Assembly: GCA_012799695.1 (NCBI GenBank)
Contig: JAAZKT010000001.1
Location: 17,658-81,657, forward strand
Length of the DNA stretch: 64,000 nt
Direction of reading: 5' to 3'
Source: Clostridiaceae bacterium
GTDB lineage: Bacteria > Bacillota > Clostridia > Saccharofermentanales > DTU023
In this document: piece by piece, positions 26,559-33,952 of the stretch
How the letters are laid out: each line of letters opens with the position of its first letter
Position numbering within the stretch: position 1 is the stretch's first letter
The notes under the pieces: generated by a model
Databases searched by the model: none
Told to the model about the DNA's origin: nothing
What the model saw: the letters and a program-made list of their open reading frames with translations, nothing else
Program-made: the position numbers and the translations under genes

Positions 26559-26574
26559 ATGTACATATGTACAT
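26559..26574. promoter_or_regulatory. Perfect 16-bp palindrome ATGTACATATGTACAT upstream of the SorC-type regulator gene
   Basis: It lies 16-31 nt upstream of the sorC-like ATG (26543) and contains TACAtaTGTA. It is a candidate operator. Confidence 0.4.
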
Positions 26575-26611
26575 TACAATTGTTTCATTAAGTTGATTTT
26601 ATTTGAAACTA

Positions 26612-27208
26612 TTAGTGTCTGTCAATGGATTTTGACGCACATATGTGCACGTTTCTGTATTTATATGAGTTGTTCTTGTCTTCCGATTCAAATACTGAAA
26701 ATTGCGGATAACAATGCGCATAAAAACGGGCAACGCTTTCGTCACTGCCCGAATATTTCACCATCCACAGTCTCATGCAATGGTTATAGATGCTATCCGG
26801 TGAGTAGCAGTAACTGAACATGTGTGCCCAACAACCCTCGGTCATAACATTAGGATTGTCGGAAAGAAGATAATGCAAAGATAAATTAGAGCTTTCAGGA
26901 TCCGGTTTGTATGAGCTTTTCACCAGATATCGGTAATTCCTCGAAAACAAGTACTCATCTCCACCTTTTGAGTCATAGAATTGCAGCAGAAATGTCGAGC
27001 CGTCGTAGCTCAGTTCATTGACAGTAGAGTCGCCCCCTTGATCGGCATACATCTGGTAGATTCGCACTTTAGCCTCGCACCCCATGGCAGTACTGTTTTC
27101 AAAATCCGCCCATGCCCTTTCTCCTGCCAAGAGAGTCTCTACGTCCAGAACCACACAGCCGTCCGCCATCGCCTCTTCCGCAGAATAGTTCTTGCGCGTA
27201 TCCGCCAA
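26612..27208 (-). CDS. Stand-alone, truncated paralog of the BlaR1-like extracellular sensor domain (function unknown)
   Basis: A 198-aa ORF (TTG start at 27208 with AAGGAG 10 nt upstream, or ATG 39 nt further in). Residues 1 to about 147 align almost colinearly with residues about 352-498 of the BlaR1-like protein (for example KNYSAEEA.ADGCVV, AWADFENSTA, ELSYDGSTFLLQFYDSKG, PDPESSNLSLHYLLSD). The tail is unrelated, and there is no signal peptide or TM segment. Confidence 0.5.
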   Translation of the reverse strand: MADTRKNYSAEEAMADGCVVLDVETLLAGERAWADFENSTAMGCEAKVRIYQMYADQGGDSTVNELSYDGSTFLLQFYDSKGGDEYLFSRNYRYLVKSSYKPDPESSNLSLHYLLSDNPNVMTEGCWAHMFSYCYSPDSIYNHCMRLWMVKYSGSDESVARFYAHCYPQFSVFESEDKNNSYKYRNVHICASKSIDRH

Positions 27209-27222
27209 ACGCGCTTCACTCC
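26771..27222. repeat. Copy A of an approximately 450-bp dispersed duplication (partner at 31861..32321)
   Basis: Aligned base by base by eye, identity is about 85-90 percent, with a 2-nt indel at one end and a roughly 9-nt indel at the other. Both copies have the same orientation. Confidence 0.9.
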
Positions 27223-27257
27223 TTCTTTCACCCTAAGCCGACATAGACTCTTCAACT

Positions 27258-27287
27258 ACTCTAACGCGTTAGAAAAATGTCATTCTA
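27258..27287 (-). promoter_or_regulatory. Putative promoter -10 plus BlaI-type operator in front of the stand-alone sensor-domain gene
   Basis: The reverse strand reads TAGAAT (27287..27282), 6 nt, then TTTCTAACGCGTTAGAGT (27275..27258). The core TCTAACGCGTTAGA (27260..27273) is a perfect palindrome. The layout matches the blaI-like promoter. Confidence 0.5.
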
Positions 27288-27442
27288 GGCCATTGGACTG
27301 AATTTTTAAGAGGGAAATGGACTGAATTTGGCGTGAACGAAATAATATGCAGGATTTCATGCTACAATCTAACCAAGCTATTTTCATTTGAGTTTATCTG
27401 AGTTGATTTTTGATTGGCAAATACTCCAAAAGAGGAAAGACC

Positions 27443-28342
27443 ATGGTAAAAAACAACTCGTCACCCGCAATAGACAATCTAACGCTGAACGGAATCCCCG
27501 TAAGTATCCGCTACGACTATCTCTTTAAAAAGATATTCGCATCGGAAGACAGCAAAAGCGCTGTCGCGCATCTCATCCACCTGACGACAGGCCTTCGCAA
27601 GGAAGATGTGAGCGATTTGACAATCTCGAACCCTTATCTGCTGTTCCACAACATAAGGGATAAGCGCAGCATCGTCGACATCCTCATCAGGTTGAAGGAT
27701 GGCAAAAGAATCAATATTGAGATGCAAAACCACTGGCATCCGTTCTATCCCGAGCGAGCCATCTATTATTGGTCGCTCATGTATCAGGATACGTCGCGCG
27801 CAAGAGAGGGCTATAATAAGCTTAGCAAGTGCATCGGCATCCACTTGCTTAACGAAGCCTTCCATTTAGGCGAAAAACTACAATCGACGTATGCGATACG
27901 CGAAGAAAACGGTTCACTTTTATCGGACGTCTTGGAATTACACTTCTTTGATCTGACGAAGTTGCCGGAAGAAACAAAAGAACTGTTGCAAAGTGAAATC
28001 AGTGAATTGGAGCGTTGGTTGCTGTTCATACGAACAGACAGTCAGGAAGTGCGTAACGTGCTATCGGAAGGAGACGAACTCATGAGTGAATGCAATGACA
28101 AAGTGCAATCTGTTTTCTATACCCCGAGCGAGCGGGAAATTTACATCCGCGAACACATCGCCGAGATGGATCACTACTCGATCATGCGGGAAAAGTATGA
28201 GAGCGGCCTTAAAGAGGGCCTGCAGAAAGGCAAAGAAGAAGCCAAGCTAAACATCGCCAGAGCCTTGCTAAAAAGCGGAATCGACAAAGATATCATTCAA
28301 CAGACAACTGGGTTGGATCGGGAACAACTTGAAAACTTGTAA
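27443..28342 (+). CDS. Rpn-family PD-(D/E)XK recombination-promoting nuclease / putative transposase
   Basis: From ORF 27410..28342, with the ATG at 27443 and GAGGAA upstream. It shows the family start IRYDYLFKKIF, the nuclease core SIVDILIRLKDGKRINIEMQ and the typical C-terminal helical tail (KEEAKLNIARALLKSGIDKDIIQQTTGL). Confidence 0.8.
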   Translation: MVKNNSSPAIDNLTLNGIPVSIRYDYLFKKIFASEDSKSAVAHLIHLTTGLRKEDVSDLTISNPYLLFHNIRDKRSIVDILIRLKDGKRINIEMQNHWHPFYPERAIYYWSLMYQDTSRAREGYNKLSKCIGIHLLNEAFHLGEKLQSTYAIREENGSLLSDVLELHFFDLTKLPEETKELLQSEISELERWLLFIRTDSQEVRNVLSEGDELMSECNDKVQSVFYTPSEREIYIREHIAEMDHYSIMREKYESGLKEGLQKGKEEAKLNIARALLKSGIDKDIIQQTTGLDREQLENL

Positions 28343-28505
28343 ATGCTGGATATATTTCCGCATTTCGGACAGTAAGGAGCATTCATTGTATTTCACTGTC
28401 CTTGCCAATTTACTCTATAAACATAAACGAACATTGAAGGGATTTTGAGCGTAGTCGGGATAGAGCGCCGCCTCATCCGGGAAAAACCCGAGTTTATAAG
28501 GCGCC

Positions 28506-29162
28506 TTATGCCCCAAGTTTCAAGTCTGGAATGACAATAACTTTATCGGCGATCTCCTTCAATGAATTGTCGTGCGTCGCGATGACGATGGACTTCCCGC
28601 TCTTTTGCAGTTTTCTGAGAAGTCCGATGACGATCTCCTTGTTGCCTTCGTCGAGGCTGCCGGTCGGCTCATCGCAAAGGATCATTTCGCACGGTTTCAA
28701 GAGCAGCCTCGCGATCGCGATCCGTTGCTGCTCACCGCCCGAGCATTCAAAGATGCGTTTTTCAAGGAAGTTTTCTTCAAGTCCCACCTCCGCCAACGCA
28801 ACTCTTTTGAATGTCTGCTTATCCGCACGAGAAGCCTTGATCATCTCAAGAGCGATATCCAAATTCTGTTCCACGGTCATGTGGTTAATGAGAGCGAAGT
28901 CCTGAAAAAGGTAGCCGATCTTCTGTGCCAGTATCTTCTCCGCCTGGTGCGAGAAGGGCTTCACATTCTTCTTGCCCCACCAGACGATCTCACCGCGATC
29001 GGGCGTCTCGATCAGGCCGAGAATATTGAGCAACGTCGATTTGCCGGAACCGGATACACCCGAAAGGACGACCATTTCTCCCGCCCGGATAGAATCTGTC
29101 ATGTTGCGCAGTACGGGTATTCTGCCGAATGATTTATGTAGCCCGCGCCATTCGATTTGCAT
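28506..29162 (-). CDS. ABC transporter ATP-binding protein (lactococcin-972-group/FtsE-MacB-like)
   Basis: Walker A GVSGSGKST, Q-loop, signature CSGGEQQR, Walker B ILCDEPTGSLD and H-loop IATHD. Its ATG overlaps the permease stop (TAATG). Confidence 0.9.
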   Translation of the reverse strand: MQIEWRGLHKSFGRIPVLRNMTDSIRAGEMVVLSGVSGSGKSTLLNILGLIETPDRGEIVWWGKKNVKPFSHQAEKILAQKIGYLFQDFALINHMTVEQNLDIALEMIKASRADKQTFKRVALAEVGLEENFLEKRIFECSGGEQQRIAIARLLLKPCEMILCDEPTGSLDEGNKEIVIGLLRKLQKSGKSIVIATHDNSLKEIADKVIVIPDLKLGA

Positions 29163-31375
29163 TATTTTTCCCCCTTTAGCATCGTTGCCATGCGTTTTTG
29201 AATGCGCCGTGTGAAGAGTATGTGGATGAGCACATCAAGCCCAAGCAGTCCTGTAAAAAGCGCCAGCGAGGTGTTAAACGCCAACTTAACTTCCATGAAA
29301 TCAAAAGTGTATCCCTCATAACTAAGGTTCATGATCTGCCTGAAAAAATCCGGGAACAATGTAACGGCAAGTAAAGCGGTTACGTATGGAATCAGCACGC
29401 GCAGCCACAAGAAACGGTAACGGCGCAAGAATGGTGTTCCGTGAAGATATGCTAAGTTGAGCCACTTGTTCTTGTCCAGAAAGTATACTGCCGCGTTCTG
29501 GTAGCTTAAGAATGCAAAGCTGACGAGCAAATACGCCATGATGACCGCGGGGCGGCGCACTGCTTGCAAGTTAAGTTCTTTTGTCTGTATCATCGGTTCG
29601 GAGCAAAGCTCGTACCAGTCGGGAGAATATCCTCCCGCATCCATGACCTTGCGGATACTCTCCCTGTTTTCCACCGTATCCGGAACGTAATTCGCGTAAG
29701 CCTTCGCATGAGCGGACGACACGAGGATAAGGATGGAGTCGTACGCCACCTCACCGGTCGGGAGGAGAATCTTCTGATTCCGCTTGATCGGGATCGTCTT
29801 TTTCCCTCTTGTCAGTTCATCCAACATAAATGTACTGGCGTCTTCAAGCTTAGCGCCTTCCGGAACGAGGAGAACGGTCGTTTCTGGAGGAGCATCGAAT
29901 TGAATCTGTTCGCCGTCCGCATCAAGGATTTTGTTCATGAGAGTCACTTGGTATGAAATTTGCGCACAGCCAAGTTGGACTTCTGTCGTCATCAGTTCGC
30001 CTTTTTCGTCGATGCCCTTAATCTCGATGGCGCCACGCGCTATATAGTTTGATGTGAGGGCTCCCCACTCATGCTGATGCTTTTTGAAGTAGTTTTTTAT
30101 CTCACTGCTCTTTGACATACGTTTTGCTTCGTCTTCAAAGGGAAGTGTCGCGTCCTCCACATGGAACGCAATTTGATTGCGCGCGTATCGCCGCTCGGCG
30201 CGAGAAGCATTGTATAGACTATTCAGTGGTGGAAAAAGGTCGAAGAGCTGGGCAGCGATGAGGAGCACAAGAATAATTTTCAGAACGAGACTGATGTTGG
30301 AAAAGAGGGTAAGTGAACTTGTCTTTTTCGTCGAGATAACGGGGCGGACGCGCTTAATATAAATGACGGCGATGCCGAAGGACAACGCTATCATAAGCAG
30401 AACAGCCGCGATAAAGAGGAGAAGCAGTTTCAGAAACTCGAGGAAAAGCGCATTCCAGTACGTAACCGTCACGAGCAATGTAGCGAGTGTCGTCACGAGA
30501 AGAGTGAGCGCCATCCATCCGTTGAACGGCAGGAACAGCTTAAACGCAATCGCGCTCGTCGATTGGCCGAGCATCTTGCGAATACCGATCTCCTTTGACA
30601 TTTCTACGACATCCAATGAATAGCTGGCGACGATAATGGCGAACAGTGCGGCAGCGAAAAGATAAATAATCGTATAAGCGGGTCCCGTTTCACTTTCTGC
30701 AAAGAGCTGCATGGTTTCGTTGAATTCGTCATAAGGATGGATTCCGCCAAAATACGGATATTCATTCTGCTCATACAGTCGGAGAAGGCGCAACGCCTCC
30801 TGTCGCCGCTCAGTCACCAGATGACCTCGAATGGAAGGAAAGTCGCTCTCAGGGCGGCCGGCGAATCGCTCACGCGCCATACTCATCGGACTATAGAGCT
30901 GTTTGACCTTCTCTCCGTCGAGTTCTGAGGCTGACAAATCCGTCATTCTCAGAATAGTTCCCTGCTCGTCTTCCGGCGGCCATACGTATGCTCGGGTGGC
31001 TGTCCGGCTCCAATCACAGGCTGGATCGCTGTAAAAAAATGGAGGGAGCAACTCCTTCTCATTGGAATGGATATACGTCTGCCCGTAAATCGTCTCGTCC
31101 TCAAGTATCGTTGTAACTTGAAGCACAAGATCGCCTTCGACCGCCTCCGTGATTTCCATCAAGTCGTCAAACAACTTCAGCGGCGTCTCCGTATCATAAT
31201 AATTGATCCAAAGACTGACGGTCTTTTCCGGGGCGAAGCCGGGCATCTCTTTGATTAAGGCTTCGGGGCTAAACTTCTTATGGTGATTTTCTTCGAACAT
31301 GATGCGGCCTTGTGACACACAGAGGATCGTCAACAGAACGAGGAAGAAAAGAAGAAATAATCGTCTCTTAAGCAT
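29162..31375 (-). CDS. ABC transporter permease, FtsX-like/DUF1430-type (bacteriocin-associated integral membrane protein family)
   Basis: A 737-aa protein with an N-terminal TM segment, a large extracytoplasmic domain, a TM cluster carrying the FtsX-type motif GIRKMLGQS, a second extracytoplasmic domain and a C-terminal TM cluster. The family assignment is made by architecture and needs an HMM check. Confidence 0.7.
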   Translation of the reverse strand: MLKRRLFLLFFLVLLTILCVSQGRIMFEENHHKKFSPEALIKEMPGFAPEKTVSLWINYYDTETPLKLFDDLMEITEAVEGDLVLQVTTILEDETIYGQTYIHSNEKELLPPFFYSDPACDWSRTATRAYVWPPEDEQGTILRMTDLSASELDGEKVKQLYSPMSMARERFAGRPESDFPSIRGHLVTERRQEALRLLRLYEQNEYPYFGGIHPYDEFNETMQLFAESETGPAYTIIYLFAAALFAIIVASYSLDVVEMSKEIGIRKMLGQSTSAIAFKLFLPFNGWMALTLLVTTLATLLVTVTYWNALFLEFLKLLLLFIAAVLLMIALSFGIAVIYIKRVRPVISTKKTSSLTLFSNISLVLKIILVLLIAAQLFDLFPPLNSLYNASRAERRYARNQIAFHVEDATLPFEDEAKRMSKSSEIKNYFKKHQHEWGALTSNYIARGAIEIKGIDEKGELMTTEVQLGCAQISYQVTLMNKILDADGEQIQFDAPPETTVLLVPEGAKLEDASTFMLDELTRGKKTIPIKRNQKILLPTGEVAYDSILILVSSAHAKAYANYVPDTVENRESIRKVMDAGGYSPDWYELCSEPMIQTKELNLQAVRRPAVIMAYLLVSFAFLSYQNAAVYFLDKNKWLNLAYLHGTPFLRRYRFLWLRVLIPYVTALLAVTLFPDFFRQIMNLSYEGYTFDFMEVKLAFNTSLALFTGLLGLDVLIHILFTRRIQKRMATMLKGEK

Positions 31376-31483
31376 ATCGATACTCCAAATATGAAGGTGT
31401 CATTCTTAGCACACGGCACAAGCATCTCTTTTCGAGATACTCCCTCCTTCATCATTCTTAGGTGAGAAGGAGAGAAACGAATC

Positions 31484-33349
31484 CTATTTCATTCCGGTAG
31501 GAAATGTCTCCCCGTTCTCATCAAGCAGAACGAGTGTTCCGTCCCGAATGACAATGTCAAAAAGCTCTCCGACGATAGACGGATACTCCGCCACGCCCCA
31601 GTTTTTCATCTGCACTTTCAGCGTGCCGTCTTCTTCTTGGAAAAAGCTGATGACGCCGCGGTTTGGGGCTGGAGAGAAAAGTCCGGCATACTCGAACTGA
31701 TCGCCTTCAAAAACAGTCAAAGTGAAGGTAGCGACACCGGAGGTTGGCCCATAGCCGAGGCAACATTTTTCCTCTATCCCGTCGTTGTCGATGTCGACAA
31801 AAGCGAGTCCAAATCCACGTTGAAGAAGGTATCCGTTGTCAATGAGCCGGCTAAACAATCTCTCGCATTGGTTATAGATGCTATCCGGCGAGTAGTACGA
31901 ACTAAACATGTGTGCCAAATAACCCTCGGCAGTCACATTAGGATCGTCGGAAAGAAGATAATGCAAAGATAAATTTGAGCTTTCAGGATCCGGTTGGAAT
32001 AAGCTTTTCACCAGATATTTGTAATTCCTCGAATACAAGTATTCATCTACACCTTTTGAGTCATAGAATTGCAGCAGAAATGTCGAGCCGTCGTAGCTCA
32101 GTTCTTTGACAGTATAGACGCCCCTTTGATAAGCATACATCTGGTAGATTCTCACTTTCGCCTCGCGCCCCGCGGCAGTGCTGTTTTCAAAATCCGCCCA
32201 TGCCTTCTCGCCTGCAAGCATCGTCTCCCCGTCCATCACCACACAGCCGTCCGCCTCCGCTTCTTCCGCGGAATAATTCTTGCGTATATCCGCCAACGCC
32301 GGCCACGATTCCTTCACCTCCGCTTCGGTACGTTTTGACACATCTGTCTCAGTGGATTTAGGCACCTCCGTTTCAGTGGGTTTCGACACATCAATGTCCG
32401 TTTTAGGAGGATAGGTCAGAAAACATACGGCTAAAATAACACCTGCCGCGACGACTGCCAAAATAACCCAGAAAGTCGGCTTCTTATAATTCAACACACG
32501 CTTCACTCGTTCTTTCACCCCGATTTCGCCAAAAGCGAGAGGGCACGCGGCGATCCGACCGTGAGAAATGCTGCAGGTGAGCAGCGACTGAGAATAATCG
32601 GCTCTCTGTTCTCGGTTCAATCCTTTGATAACTCTTTCGTCGCAGGCAAGCTCGACATCGCGGCAAAACAAGACGTACGCGATCCACATGACCGGATTAA
32701 ACCAGTGAAGTGAAAGCAACAGATAACCAAATGGTTTAATCCAATGGTCTTTTCGTGCGATGTGTGCTCGTTCATGAGCGAGCACATAATCTACATCCGA
32801 CTCCGACAAAGAAAACGGAAGATAAATCTGCGGTCGTATTAGACCGAGCACAAAGGGAGACGCGATCCTTTCGCTTTTCCATACACCCAGTTCTAACCGA
32901 ACCGCCGTCTTTACCTCGCGTTTCAGGCGCAAATAGCTGATCAGGGCGTAAAGCAGCATCACCGCAACGCCCACCACCCAGATAACGAAGGCAATGGATA
33001 CGCTAGTTCGCACAGGATGGCTACCGGTGACGGGATCGGGCGCCAAGGACTCTTTAAGAATGGGATTGACGACACGATTAACGTAAGCAATACCGCTATG
33101 GATCGCCGGCTCTTCCGCCACCAAAATCTCGGGGCCGACGATCTCGCCGCTCGGAATCAGACTCAGCGGACTTTCAATGGAAAAGGGGAAGAGCAACCGC
33201 AACGCGACCAGTCCCCACAAAAAGGGAAATACGCGCTTCGGCACTTTTCGAAAAATTACTCGAATCAGTATAACCGCAAGTGCGAGATACGATGCGGTCA
33301 CTCCCAGATTGACCATATTCAGGAATAACTCATTCATGCTTCGTCTCAC
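31484..33349 (-). CDS. BlaR1/MecR1-family M56 sensor metalloprotease with a non-PBP extracellular C-terminal domain
   Basis: M56 Zn motif HERAHIARKDHW (HEXXH at 32762..32776) within an N-terminal 4-TM region, then a TM segment at about residues 292-312. An extracellular region of about 300 aa follows, with no SxxK/KTG penicillin-binding motifs. The likely start is ATG 33337 (MNELFLN), overlapping the blaI stop (ATGAATGA). Confidence 0.85.
   Translation of the reverse strand: MRRSMNELFLNMVNLGVTASYLALAVILIRVIFRKVPKRVFPFLWGLVALRLLFPFSIESPLSLIPSGEIVGPEILVAEEPAIHSGIAYVNRVVNPILKESLAPDPVTGSHPVRTSVSIAFVIWVVGVAVMLLYALISYLRLKREVKTAVRLELGVWKSERIASPFVLGLIRPQIYLPFSLSESDVDYVLAHERAHIARKDHWIKPFGYLLLSLHWFNPVMWIAYVLFCRDVELACDERVIKGLNREQRADYSQSLLTCSISHGRIAACPLAFGEIGVKERVKRVLNYKKPTFWVILAVVAAGVILAVCFLTYPPKTDIDVSKPTETEVPKSTETDVSKRTEAEVKESWPALADIRKNYSAEEAEADGCVVMDGETMLAGEKAWADFENSTAAGREAKVRIYQMYAYQRGVYTVKELSYDGSTFLLQFYDSKGVDEYLYSRNYKYLVKSLFQPDPESSNLSLHYLLSDDPNVTAEGYLAHMFSSYYSPDSIYNQCERLFSRLIDNGYLLQRGFGLAFVDIDNDGIEEKCCLGYGPTSGVATFTLTVFEGDQFEYAGLFSPAPNRGVISFFQEEDGTLKVQMKNWGVAEYPSIVGELFDIVIRDGTLVLLDENGETFPTGMK
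31861..32321. repeat. Copy B of the approximately 450-bp duplication (partner at 26771..27222)
   Basis: See copy A. This copy lies inside the BlaR1-like gene and encodes residues about 343-497. Confidence 0.9.
32306..32401 (-). repeat. Four imperfect 24-bp (8-aa) tandem repeats encoding the acidic juxtamembrane linker of the BlaR1-like protein
   Basis: The protein reads TDIDVSKP / TETEVPKS / TETDVSKR / TEAEVKES, directly after the TM segment. Confidence 0.85.
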
Positions 33350-33716
33350 TTCTGTACTGGTCGATCATCTTCTGCACCTCGTCGATTTCGTCTTCTGAAA
33401 TCTTCTGGTGCTTCGTGAAGGCTGCAATAAAGGCCGGCAGGGAGCCCTCAAACTTCTTCTCCACCAACTCGCTGATCTCCGCCGCCTGCACTTCCTCCCG
33501 TGAAATGAGGGACGTTACGATCGTATCTTCGTTCTGTACGACGCCGCGATCCGAAAGTCGCCTGATAACGGTGTACGTCGTCGTGGGCTTCCAGCCCAAC
33601 TCTTCCTCGCACAGTTGAACAAGCTCCGAGCTTTTAATTGGCTCATGCTCCCACAGAATCAGACAAAATCGATATTCGCTCTCAAAGACTTTTGGCGTTT
33701 CCATCATTCCCTCCAT
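33330..33716 (-). CDS. BlaI/MecI/CopY-family transcriptional repressor
   Basis: A 128-aa winged-helix protein (ESEYRFCLILWEHEPIKSSELVQLCEEELGWKPTTTYTVIRRLSDRGVV) with a C-terminal dimerisation helix. It overlaps the sensor protease gene. Confidence 0.9.
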   Translation of the reverse strand: MEGMMETPKVFESEYRFCLILWEHEPIKSSELVQLCEEELGWKPTTTYTVIRRLSDRGVVQNEDTIVTSLISREEVQAAEISELVEKKFEGSLPAFIAAFTKHQKISEDEIDEVQKMIDQYRSETKHE

Positions 33717-33740
33717 CGCTCTAGCACGGACTTTTCCGTT

Positions 33741-33793
33741 ACTCTAATGCATTAGAGTTTATTTCATTCTAACCGATTAGAGCGAAATGTCAA
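33741..33793 (-). promoter_or_regulatory. blaI-like promoter with two TCTAA-N4-TTAGA dyads (putative operators)
   Basis: The reverse strand reads TTGACA (33793..33788), 16 nt, then TAGAAT (33771..33766). Dyad 1, TCTAACCGATTAGA (33768..33781), overlaps the -10. Dyad 2 is the perfect 18-bp palindrome ACTCTAATGCATTAGAGT (33741..33758), 24 nt before the ATG. Confidence 0.55.
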
Positions 33794-33867
33794 GAGACGA
33801 ATAAAAAAATCGGCAATAATTCAATTTTTTTTGATTTTAGGCGCACTCTCTTTTTCACTTTACGCGA

Positions 33868-33898
33868 TCAATTTCGACAAAATGAATATTGTCACAAG
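33868..33898 (+). repeat. Approximately 30-bp sequence related to 37261..37288 (same orientation)
   Basis: TCAATT-TCGACAAAATG-(7 nt)-TCACAAG here compares with TCAATT-(4 nt)-TCGACAAAATG-TCACAAG at 37261..37288. Confidence 0.6.
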
Positions 33899-33952
33899 GT
33901 AAGGGCGATTATTTCCTCACAAATATTCTAAGCCTCTCATTATACTCCGGGC

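Noticed and set aside
28343-28505. A search for a lactococcin-972-like bacteriocin precursor, or any small secreted peptide gene, next to the ABC pair. I also checked 31376..31483.
   Set aside because: Neither gap holds an ORF with a start, an RBS and a signal peptide. So I do not claim a bacteriocin producer locus, only an orphan immunity-type transporter.
28531-29214. Plus-strand ORFs of 124, 186 and 80 aa.
   Set aside because: They are antisense to the ABC ATPase gene, which has a complete Walker A/Q/signature/Walker B/H-loop set.
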